The position numbers were made by a program, and so were the translations under genes. This document shows, piece by piece, positions 1 through 8,578 of a DNA stretch of 64,000 bases. The stretch covers positions 640,001-704,000 of the forward strand of contig CAWIIB010000001.1 in NCBI GenBank assembly GCA_963836075.1. Direction: 5' to 3'. The DNA comes from an uncultured Acidobacteriota bacterium (GTDB taxonomy: Bacteria > Acidobacteriota > JAQAZP01). Below the pieces are notes generated by a model. It did not search any database, was not told where the DNA came from, and was given only the letters and a program-made list of their open reading frames with translations. Within the stretch, counting starts at the first letter, position 1, and each line of letters begins with the position of its first letter.

Positions 1-1265
1 ACGGAGAGGCGGGCCAGGTCCCAGGTGGAATCGGGGTCACCCAGGAACAGACCCAGTTCCATGGGTAGCAGGCCGCCCTCCAACCGGCCGCCATACCCGA
101 AGTCTTCCAATTCCTGGACCATGCGGGCCTTGCCCAGCAGCATGCCCAGCCGGGCGTAGATCAGGTTGCAGGAAACGGCCATGGCATGCTCCACGTGGGG
201 AATTTTCCCATGGGCCCGCCAGTCGTAGAACAGCTTCCCCTCGATGGCGGTATTCCCGGTGCACTGGAAGGGGAAGAGGTCGAAGCGCTCCAGGGACCCC
301 TCCTCCAGGGCCGCGGCCAGGGTGATCAGCTTGATCACCGAGGCCGGCTCGTAGAGCCGCCCGAGGGCGGGGTTGGGGCCGCCGTCGGCCCCGTTGGCCG
401 CCACGGCCAGCAGGTCACCGGTGAGCGGATCGATCACCACGATGGCGCCCCGCTGGCCGTCAAGGGCCTGGTGTGCCGCCCGCTGCAGATCCCCATCGAT
501 GGTCAGCACGGTGATGTTGTTCCGTTCCAGGTTTCCCAGGACACCCTCCAGACCCCACTGCGGGTCGGCCCCCTGGCCCAGCAGGGAGTCCACACCCTCC
601 TCCAGACCGTCGAAGAGGCCGCTCTCCAGATCCAGCTCGGCCAGCGGAATCCCGCTGCGGTCGAGAATCGCGGCGAAACGGCCCCGGCGGATCTTTTTCT
701 CGGTCAGCTCGATCAGCTGCCCGGCCCGGTCCCCGAACGGCGAGATTTCCGGCCGCTGGAGCGGGGCCAGCGTACGCTTGGCCTCCTCCAGACGGTTGAG
801 GCCGCAGTAGGCACAGCCGAGGTAGAAGTTGTATTCGTCACCGTCGATCCCCCGCTGCCCGAGATAGCGGCAGAGGAGTTCCATCGCCCGGTAGTCACCC
901 CGCTGCAGGTAGGAGCGGGCAAAGAGCGGCCACTTCCCCGGCAAGCCCGACAGCCGAAGCAGGCAGCGGTCCGCCTCGTCGAACGCCGACGCCGCCGTCC
1001 CGTAGTCGCGGGTCTCCAGGGCCAGCAGCGCCGTTCCTTCCTCGGCCCCGCCGCGGAGGAGTTTCAGGGAGCGCGCCCTCTGGAAGCCGGCCGCGGCGCG
1101 GGCCGTGTCACCGTCCAGCAGGAAGCGGATCCCCCCCCGGACCGTGTGCATGGAGAAGAGCAGCCAGGCCACCAGGCCGATGACCAGCACTACAGCGATG
1201 CCCAGCAGGCGGCCCCGCAGTTTGGAACTCCCCTCACGTCGTCCGCCTCTGCCGTAATTTCTCAT
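1..1265 (-). CDS. Penicillin-binding transpeptidase with N-terminal TM anchor and TPR-like helical region (3' end runs off the window)
   Basis: Not in the ORF track because it has no stop in the window. Manual translation from ATG 1265: MRNYGRGG..LLGIAVVLVIGLVAWLLF (TM)..LTIDGDLQRAAHQAL..GAIVVIDPLTGDLLAVA..YEPASVIK (SxxK)..AMAVSCN (SxN). Confidence 0.85.
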   Translation of the reverse strand, partial: MRNYGRGGRREGSSKLRGRLLGIAVVLVIGLVAWLLFSMHTVRGGIRFLLDGDTARAAAGFQRARSLKLLRGGAEEGTALLALETRDYGTAASAFDEADRCLLRLSGLPGKWPLFARSYLQRGDYRAMELLCRYLGQRGIDGDEYNFYLGCAYCGLNRLEEAKRTLAPLQRPEISPFGDRAGQLIELTEKKIRRGRFAAILDRSGIPLAELDLESGLFDGLEEGVDSLLGQGADPQWGLEGVLGNLERNNITVLTIDGDLQRAAHQALDGQRGAIVVIDPLTGDLLAVAANGADGGPNPALGRLYEPASVIKLITLAAALEEGSLERFDLFPFQCTGNTAIEGKLFYDWRAHGKIPHVEHAMAVSCNLIYARLGMLLGKARMVQELEDFGYGGRLEGGLLPMELGLFLGDPDSTWDLARLS

Positions 1266-1296
1266 CTGATACGCTCTCCCCCCATCTGTATATCCT

Positions 1297-2109
1297 TCAG
1301 GTCGCCCCCGCCCGATCCGGGCAGCTCAGGCGGACCTCGTCCCCCCGCTTGACCCCGGTGAGCGCGGCGGCGCTTCCCCTGTTCACGGCGATTTCCAGAT
1401 ACCCGGCACTTCCCACCAACGCCACCGGCTCCCCGGGCGGCGCCTCGGCATAGGTGCCCACCAGCCGTGAGACCTGCCCCCCGTCCCACTCCAGCACCAG
1501 GGAGCCGTCCCCGGGACCGTGCTGCTGCAACGTGGCGCCGGGGATGCTGGTGATCAGGTTGCCGAACACGTCCACCTGCAGCACCACGCCCCGGATCACA
1601 CCTCCCACCACCCGGTTCTGCTCCGGCAGCCACTCCGCCCGCACCGCGTGCGGCAGCGGTGGGCCCAGCTGCTCCCAGGAGGTTCCGCGGGAGAGCCAGG
1701 CCGCCGCCGGGGCAAAGATGTCCCGGCCGTGAAAGGTCCGGCTCACCGGGGACAGCCGCACGTCCTCAGCTGTCAACTGCCGAAAGTTTACCTGGTCCGC
1801 GGCGTCCAGCGCAGCGGTGAACAGCCCGTTGTCCGGGCCCACGAACCAGTGACCGTCGGCCCGGGCCACCAGTGGCAGGCGCTCCGTCCCCACCCCCGGG
1901 TCCACCACCGCCAGGTGCACCGTTCCCCGGGGGAACCAGCTCCAGGCCGTGGCCAGGATAAAGCCGGCAGCGGCGATGTCGCCCGGCTGCACCTCGTGGG
2001 TCAGGTCCACCAGCCGGGCCCCGGGGTCGATGCCCAGGATCACCCCTTTCATCACGCCCACATAGGCGTCCCGCGACCCGAAATCGGTGAGCATGGTGAT
2101 CACGGCCAT
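1297..2109 (-). CDS. SAM hydroxide adenosyltransferase / chlorinase-fluorinase family (DUF62)
   Basis: C-terminal part of ORF 1297..4356: MAVITMLTDFG..YVGVMKGVI..VVDPGVGT..GPDNG..SRTFHGRDIFAPAAA..VDVFGNLIT..LEIAVNRGSAA. Confidence 0.92.
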   Translation of the reverse strand: MAVITMLTDFGSRDAYVGVMKGVILGIDPGARLVDLTHEVQPGDIAAAGFILATAWSWFPRGTVHLAVVDPGVGTERLPLVARADGHWFVGPDNGLFTAALDAADQVNFRQLTAEDVRLSPVSRTFHGRDIFAPAAAWLSRGTSWEQLGPPLPHAVRAEWLPEQNRVVGGVIRGVVLQVDVFGNLITSIPGATLQQHGPGDGSLVLEWDGGQVSRLVGTYAEAPPGEPVALVGSAGYLEIAVNRGSAAALTGVKRGDEVRLSCPDRAGAT

Positions 2110-2229
2110 GGCAAATCCCCGGCAGCGGTGGAACGCGGTGAAGACTGAGCAGAGAACCGGTTGCCCGGCGAGGGGGTAGTATATACTACGCTTTTGATCA
2201 GAGTGGAATCGCCGGCCGGAGAAAAGTAC

Positions 2230-3393
2230 ATGGAACGCGTCTATCTCGATCACAACGCCACCACCCCGCTGGCCCCCCAGGTGCTGGAGCTGATGAACCG
2301 GCTGTTCGCCGAAGAGTTCGGCAACCCGTCCAGCCAGCACCGCCAGGGTCAACGGGCCAAGTCCCTGCTGGAAACGGCCCGGACCCTGGCAGCCCGGTTC
2401 ATTGGCGCCGCGCCCCGGGAAGTGCTCTTCTGCGGCTCGGGCACCGAAGCCGATATCATCGCCATCAGGGGCGCCCTCGGTGCGGCGCCGCCGGGTGATG
2501 GTCCAGCCCAGCTGATCACCTCCCCCATGGAACACGACGCGGTGGAAAAGACCTGCCGGGCCATGGAGAAGGAGGGCGTGGGGGTCCGACGGCTGCCGGT
2601 GGACCGGATGGGCCTCGTCGACCCGGACGACCTGCGCCGGGCCATCGGCCCGGAAACCCGTCTGGTTTCGGTGATCCACGCCAGCAGTGAGACCGGCGTC
2701 ATCCAGCCGGTGGGCGAACTGGCCCGGGTCTGCCGCGAGGCCAATGTGCTCTTCCACTCCGATGCGGTGCAGGCCGGGGGCAAGCTGCCCCTGTCCGCTA
2801 AGGAGCTGGGAGCCGACATGCTCTCCTTCTCCGCGCACAAGTTCCACGGGCCCAAGGGGTGCGGCATCCTCTATGTCCGCGGCGGTGTGCGGCTGGCGCC
2901 GCTGATGGTGGGCGGGGGCCAGGAGCGGGGGCTCCGCGCCGGCACTGAAAACGTGCCCCTGCTGGCCGGGGCGGGAGAGGCCGCCCGGCTGGCCGCCGAG
3001 ACCCGGGAGGGGACCGCGCAGCGACTGGACGAACTGCGGGAGCGGATGGAGTCCCGGATCCTGGACACCGTCCCGGGGACGGTGGTGCACAGCCGCGGAA
3101 CTCCACGGCTGGCCAACACCACGTCCCTCTCGGTGGCCGGTCTTGAGGGGGACACCCTGGCCATCAACCTCGACCTCAAGGGCTTCGCCGTCTCCACCGG
3201 CTCGGCCTGCTCCTCCACCTCCCCCGAGCCGTCCCGGATCCTGGGGGCCATGGGGGTGCCCGAGGAACTGAACCGGGCCACCATCCGCATATCCACCGGC
3301 CGGGGCACCACGGCGGAGGAGCTGGACCGCTTTGTGGACGGCCTGGCCGATGTTGTGCAGCGACTGCGCCGGCTCTCCGGCGGCCGGCGGTGA
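2230..3393 (+). CDS. iscS: Cysteine desulfurase (IscS/NifS class I)
   Basis: YLDHNATTP, FGNPSS, HSDAVQAGGK, SAHKFHGPKG (PLP Lys), STGSACSS (catalytic Cys); directly upstream of mnmA. Confidence 0.93.
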   Translation: MERVYLDHNATTPLAPQVLELMNRLFAEEFGNPSSQHRQGQRAKSLLETARTLAARFIGAAPREVLFCGSGTEADIIAIRGALGAAPPGDGPAQLITSPMEHDAVEKTCRAMEKEGVGVRRLPVDRMGLVDPDDLRRAIGPETRLVSVIHASSETGVIQPVGELARVCREANVLFHSDAVQAGGKLPLSAKELGADMLSFSAHKFHGPKGCGILYVRGGVRLAPLMVGGGQERGLRAGTENVPLLAGAGEAARLAAETREGTAQRLDELRERMESRILDTVPGTVVHSRGTPRLANTTSLSVAGLEGDTLAINLDLKGFAVSTGSACSSTSPEPSRILGAMGVPEELNRATIRISTGRGTTAEELDRFVDGLADVVQRLRRLSGGRR

Positions 3394-3405
3394 GGAAGGG
3401 GACCG

Positions 3406-4485
3406 ATGGGCATCTGCGGCTCTGACAGGATCGCCGTGGCCATGAGCGGCGGCGTGGATTCCACCACCGCGGCCCTGCTGCTGGCCGATGCCGGGCACCG
3501 GCTGCTGGGGATCACCATGCGGCTCGCCCCTCCCGGTTCCCCCGCGTCGGACCCGGCGGTCGACGCTGCCGGGGCGGCGGAACTGATCGGTATCCCGCAC
3601 CACGTGGTGGACCTGCACCAGCCGTTCGAGAAGCTGATCGTCCACCCCTTTGCCAACGCCTATTGCAGCGGGCTGACCCCCAACCCCTGCGCCCGCTGCA
3701 ACGTCTCGGTGAAATTCGGCCTGCTGGCCCGGCAGGCGGCCGACCTGGGCTACCCGGCGCTGGCCACCGGCCACTACGTGCGCCGGGAAGCCGGCCCCGC
3801 GGGTTGGCGGCTGCTTCAAGGGACTGACCGGACCAAGGACCAGTCGTACTTCCTCTTCGGCCTGGGCCAGGAGCAACTGGCCCGCGCCTGCTTCCCCCTG
3901 GGCGGGATGACCAAGGACGAGGTGCGGTCCATCGCCACCAGCCGCGGCCTGCCCGCCGGCGGCAAGGCGGAAAGCCAGGACATCTGCTTTCTCACCGCCT
4001 ACGGCGACAGCGGAGTTGCGGCCCTGGCCGCACGCCTGGCCACGCCGCCGCGGGCCGGTGAAATCGTCGACCGGAACGGGAACGTGCTGGGTGCGCACCA
4101 CGGCGTCCATCATTTCACCGTGGGCCAGCGGCGCGGGCTGGACCTGCCGTCCACCCGGCCCTGGTACGTCCTGCGGCTGGAACCGGAAACGGCCCGGGTG
4201 GTGGTGGGACGAGAGGAGGACCTCTACAGCCGGCGGCTGACCCTGGCCGGGGCGAACTGGATTTCCTCTCCCCCGCCGACTCTCCCTCTGGAGGCCGATG
4301 TCCGCATCCGCTACCGCCATCCCGGCGCCCCGGCCACCATCGAACCCGGTCCTCACGGTTCGAACCTCGAAGTGCTGTTCGAGGAGGAGCAGCGGGCAAT
4401 CACCCCCGGTCAGGCCGCGGTTTTCTACCAGGGCGAAGAGGTTCTGGGCGGCGGCTGGATCTTGACACCAGGCGGCCCCAACTGA
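3406..4485 (+). CDS. mnmA: tRNA-specific 2-thiouridylase MnmA
   Basis: AMSGGVDS PP-loop, TPNPCARCN, ATGHY, KDQSYFL, ESQDICF, TVGQRRGL, TPGQAAVFY. Confidence 0.96.
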   Translation: MGICGSDRIAVAMSGGVDSTTAALLLADAGHRLLGITMRLAPPGSPASDPAVDAAGAAELIGIPHHVVDLHQPFEKLIVHPFANAYCSGLTPNPCARCNVSVKFGLLARQAADLGYPALATGHYVRREAGPAGWRLLQGTDRTKDQSYFLFGLGQEQLARACFPLGGMTKDEVRSIATSRGLPAGGKAESQDICFLTAYGDSGVAALAARLATPPRAGEIVDRNGNVLGAHHGVHHFTVGQRRGLDLPSTRPWYVLRLEPETARVVVGREEDLYSRRLTLAGANWISSPPPTLPLEADVRIRYRHPGAPATIEPGPHGSNLEVLFEEEQRAITPGQAAVFYQGEEVLGGGWILTPGGPN

Positions 4486-4654
4486 GGATTTATCCCTAAT
4501 GTTAAGTGCATGTTAAGCCGATATGTAGGATACCGTGTCTCTTGACGATCACTGAGTGGTATGCTAATTTGAATTGTTAATAAAATCCTGAACCAGAAGG
4601 ATGAAAGGCGTCTCTTCCCCGGGAAACCGGTGTCCAGGACCCAGTGGATTGCCC

Positions 4655-5815
4655 ATGCCGGACTCGTCACCCACCCAGCTCGCCGGAAACCTGAGCACCA
4701 TGAACCTTGCCGATCTGCTGCAGTGGATCTGCCTGGGGCACAAGACCGGCACCCTGCACCTGCAGAACGGGAGCATCCGCAAGCAGGTCTATATCCTCGA
4801 AGGAAAGCTGGTCTCCGCCGGATCGAACATCTCCCGCGAGCGGCTGGGGCAGTTTCTGCTGCACCACGGCCGGATCACCGAGGACGACCTGCGGGCCGCG
4901 CTCTCCCACCAGGCCGCCGGCGGCAAGACACTGGGGGAGATTCTCTGCCGCCTGGGCAAACTGAACCAGGCTTCGCTGCTCAGCATCCTCCAGCTCAAGG
5001 CCGAGGAGACGATTTACGACCTGTTCCACTGGAACAAGGGCAACTTCCACTTCGTGGCCGACAAGCTCCCCGAGTGGGCGATGACCGAAATCCGGCTGGA
5101 CGTGACCATGCTGATCATGGAGGGGCTGCGGCGCAAGGACGAGATGGAGATGATCCGGCAGACCCTGCCAACCAACCGCATACTGCTGGCGGTGAACGAC
5201 GGGCGCGAGGCGGATGCCGAGGCCCTGACCGGTTTCGACCGCCACGTGGTGAACCTGGTGCGCCGGGGGCTGACCATCGCCGGGATCAAGGATAACTCGC
5301 GGGCGCCGGAGTTCATCCTGCTGAAAAGGCTCCACGAGTTCGTGGAACAGGGCCTGCTGCGGGTGGAGCGCAACCTCTCCAGTGAGGACCGGGACCCGGA
5401 TCAGCTGACCTTTGTGGAATGCCTGAACCGCTGCCGGCAGAACCTCGCCGACGAAGACCTCAACGCCACCCTGCAGAGCCTGGATTCTCTGCGGACCCAG
5501 GCCCAGGGCGAACCGGGCGGGGAGGCGGCGCTGGCCGGGCTGGAGAAATCGACGGCGGAGCTGATCTACAGCACGATCATCAGCCCCAACCACGTCCCGG
5601 TGCTCAAGCACGGCCTGGACCAGCTGGTGGAGATGAAGTTCAGCGCCGAAGAGGGATTCATCGTGTCGCGGATCGACGGCGTGACCGACATCAGGTCGGT
5701 GGTGCAGATCAGCCCGGTGAGCGAGTTCGACACCCTGCTCATCTTCCGGCGCCTGCTTGAAGAAGAGGTGATCGACCTCACCGGAACCGGCGAGATCATA
5801 CCGCGCAAGAACTAG
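4655..5815 (+). CDS. DUF4388 (PatA-N-like) domain protein with MshEN-like motif
   Basis: GNLSTMNLADLLQWI..KTGTLHL..YILEGKLVSA..LFHWNKGNFHF..LIMEGLRRKDE is the typical DUF4388 pattern; start codon uncertain (4601/4655). Confidence 0.8.
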   Translation: MPDSSPTQLAGNLSTMNLADLLQWICLGHKTGTLHLQNGSIRKQVYILEGKLVSAGSNISRERLGQFLLHHGRITEDDLRAALSHQAAGGKTLGEILCRLGKLNQASLLSILQLKAEETIYDLFHWNKGNFHFVADKLPEWAMTEIRLDVTMLIMEGLRRKDEMEMIRQTLPTNRILLAVNDGREADAEALTGFDRHVVNLVRRGLTIAGIKDNSRAPEFILLKRLHEFVEQGLLRVERNLSSEDRDPDQLTFVECLNRCRQNLADEDLNATLQSLDSLRTQAQGEPGGEAALAGLEKSTAELIYSTIISPNHVPVLKHGLDQLVEMKFSAEEGFIVSRIDGVTDIRSVVQISPVSEFDTLLIFRRLLEEEVIDLTGTGEIIPRKN

Positions 5816-5973
5816 TGTGGTGTACCAGAAATTCCTTCTCGTGATTTGGCCTCCACATCACGGTCCGCTGTGTTGCTCATCGCTTGCATACCTCAGGGTA
5901 TGCGCGCTCTTCGCGCCTTGCGGGCCGCGCGCGGAAACCAAATCCTTTGAGAACTTATTTCTGGGACACCACA

Positions 5974-7302
5974 CTAGCCCGCAACGGAGCGGGAACGCAG
6001 GAACCCGGCCAGCTCGTCTCGGCCCACCTCCTGCTGCTCCGCGGAAGCGAGGTCCTTGACCCGCACCACCCCGCGCTCCAGCTCATCGGGGCCCAGCACC
6101 GCCACCAGCGGAATGCCCTTGCGGTCGGCATAGCCGAACTGCCGGCCCAGTTTCTCGGTCCCGGGGAAGACCTCCACCATCACGCCGTCCCGGCGCAGCT
6201 GGTCCGCCAGTCTGAGAGATTCGGCGGCCAGCTGGTCGTCGAAGACGGTGACCAGCATGGCGGCGGCGGCCGGGGCCTCGCTCTCCCGGTCCAGCTGCTG
6301 CAGAGCTGTGGTGATGCGGTCCAGGCCGAGGGTGGTGCCGGTGGCCGGCAGGTCCCGGCCGGTGAGCTCTCCGATCATGCCGTCGTAGCGGCCGCCGCCG
6401 GAGAGGCTGCCGATGTGGGGCAGGTCGTCGAGCACCGTCTCGAAGATCGGTCCGGTGTAGTAGTCCAGGCCCCGGGCCAGGTGGGGGTCGAAGGATACGG
6501 CTTCCTCGGGCACGCCCAGCGGCTCCAGCAACCGGTAAAGCCGCTCGATGGTCTCCAGGCCGGTGACGGTTTCCGGCCTGGAGCCCACCGCGCTGCGCAG
6601 TGCCGCGGACCGTTCCTGCCGGTCGCCCGGGAGGTCGAGCAGCCGGAGAATCTCCCGCGACGGGTCGGCCCCCACGCCTTTTGACTCCAGCTCGGCCAGC
6701 ACACCATCGGCGCCGATCTTCTCCAGCTTGTCGATGCTCCGGCAGACCTCGTCCTCCATCCCCCCGGCCACCCCGGCGCCAAGGATAATGCCGCTGAGCA
6801 GCTGCCGGTCGTTGAGCCGGATGCGCACCGAGCCGAAGCCCAGTTGCCGGAACGCCTCGTAGAGGATGGCGATCAGCTCCGCGTCGGCGATGGTCGACGC
6901 GCTGCCCACGCAGTCCGCGTCGCACTGGATGAATTCCCGGTAACGGCCCTGGCGGCTGGAGTGCCGGTCGGCCCGCCAGACCGGCTGCATCTGGTATCGT
7001 TTGAAGGGCAGGCCCAGTTCGGGATACATGGCCACCACCCGGGCCAGCGGGACGGTGAGGTCGTAGCGCAACGCCAGTTCACGGCCGCCCTTGTAGTCCA
7101 GGCGGTAGATCAGCTTCTCGGCGTCCTCGCCGTATTTGCCGGTGAGCAGGTCGTAGCGCTCGATGGCCGGAGTCTCCAGGGGTTCGTAGCCGTAGCGCAG
7201 AAAGATCGAGCGGAAGATGCCGGCCACCCGCTCCCGCTGCCGCATGTCCTGCGGCAGAAAATCCCTGGTTCCCTTGAACAGCCGCGGTACGATTTTGCCC
7301 AT
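5974..7302 (-). CDS. hisS: Histidine--tRNA ligase
   Basis: KGTRDF, LRYDLTVP, GRYREFIQCD, LARGLDYYTG, GGGRYDG, C-terminal anticodon domain. Confidence 0.97.
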   Translation of the reverse strand: MGKIVPRLFKGTRDFLPQDMRQRERVAGIFRSIFLRYGYEPLETPAIERYDLLTGKYGEDAEKLIYRLDYKGGRELALRYDLTVPLARVVAMYPELGLPFKRYQMQPVWRADRHSSRQGRYREFIQCDADCVGSASTIADAELIAILYEAFRQLGFGSVRIRLNDRQLLSGIILGAGVAGGMEDEVCRSIDKLEKIGADGVLAELESKGVGADPSREILRLLDLPGDRQERSAALRSAVGSRPETVTGLETIERLYRLLEPLGVPEEAVSFDPHLARGLDYYTGPIFETVLDDLPHIGSLSGGGRYDGMIGELTGRDLPATGTTLGLDRITTALQQLDRESEAPAAAAMLVTVFDDQLAAESLRLADQLRRDGVMVEVFPGTEKLGRQFGYADRKGIPLVAVLGPDELERGVVRVKDLASAEQQEVGRDELAGFLRSRSVAG

Positions 7303-7332
7303 CGATATCTCTCCAGCCTTGAATCGCCGAGG

Positions 7333-8578
7333 TCAGCGGCGTTCTGTGGTCAGTCGGGTGTACAGTTCCTGATACAGCGGAAAGACGGTGTGTTCCCAGT
7401 CGAACCGCTGGCCAAGCTTCTGTTGGCCGGCCCGGCCCAGCCGCTCCCGCAGATCGGCGTCCTGCAGCAGCCGCTGGAGATATTCGGCCAGCACGCGGGC
7501 CTGCCCGCAGGGCACCAGCAGCCCGTCCTCGGCCATCGTCGATCACAGCCGGAATACCACCGGCCATGGCCCCGATCACCGGTTTGCCATAATACCATGA
7601 CTCGAGAAAAACGTAGCCGAAGGAGTCGGCCCGGGAGGGGAGGACAAAAACATCCTGGGCGGCCAGGGCGTCCTTTTTCAACTGCTCGTCCGGGCTCTCC
7701 AGGTCGATGATCCGGGCGCGGAAGGCCGGATCGATACCCCGCAGGTAGCTGCCGAAACCCTCTTCCGTGGAACCGGCCAGCACCAGCCGGGCATCGGACC
7801 CGCGGCGCCAGAGCAGCTTCATCGCCTCCACCGCGTCGCGGGACCCCTTGAGCACCGACTTGTGGGCCAGGTGCAGCACCAGCGGCCCATCGACGCCATA
7901 CCGCTTGCGGAACCGCTCGCCGTCTCCCCCGCCCATCCCGGCCAGGTCGAGGCCGTTGGGCGCCACGGTGATGCGCTCTTCGGCCACGCCGCAGCGCGCC
8001 AGCAGTTCGGCCTCGCCGGCGGTTTTGGCGATCACCGTGTCGGCGCCGCGCAGCATGGCCAGTTGCTCGGGCGCGGTGTAGTGGCCCAGCAGCCCGCTCG
8101 GCCGGCAGCGCTCCCCGCTGTGCACGTGCGGCGAGACGACCAGCGGGATCCCGGCCCGGCGGGCGATGCGGCCGCCGGCCCGGATGATGGCGTTCACCGG
8201 CAGCGAACTGGCGTGAACGATATCGAACGAGCGGTGGTCCCGGCCGGTGGCCCTGATCAGCGAGGGCAGCCAGGGCGAGTGGGCCAGCCACCCCCGGACC
8301 GCGGAAAAGGGCAGCCGCGCCGCACCGCTGAGCGGGGAGCGGTGAAAGGGCAGGTAGCGCACCGGGAAGCGGACCACCCGCACGCCGCCCACCACCTCCT
8401 CCCCCGCCGGGAGGTGGGCTGCCTCACGGTCCCAGAAATAGCGGAAGTCGAGGGCGTTGGTGGTGTAGACGGTGACACTGTGGCCGGCGGCGGCCAGCGA
8501 TTCGGAGAGGAGCTGGAAACTCTTTTCCGCGCCGCCGTGGGACGGCCAGTAGCGGTGTACCAGGTGCAGTATGTTCAT
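7333..8578 (-). CDS. Glycosyltransferase family 4 (GT-B), one apparent frameshift near 7532
   Basis: MNILHLVHRYWPSHGGAE..FVLPSRADSFGYVFLESWYYGKPVI..GGIPAVIDDG continues as EDGLLVP..FDWE.. in ORF 7333..7536 after one extra base. Confidence 0.85.

Noticed and set aside
1297-2109. Fluorinase/chlorinase of a halometabolite pathway
   Set aside because: The context is housekeeping, and the TFHGRDIF motif fits the widespread DUF62 SAM hydrolases.
186-4356. Long ORFs 186..1352 (+) and the N-terminal ~750 aa of 1297..4356 (-)
   Set aside because: Antisense shadows of the PBP, iscS and mnmA genes, as expected in high-GC DNA.
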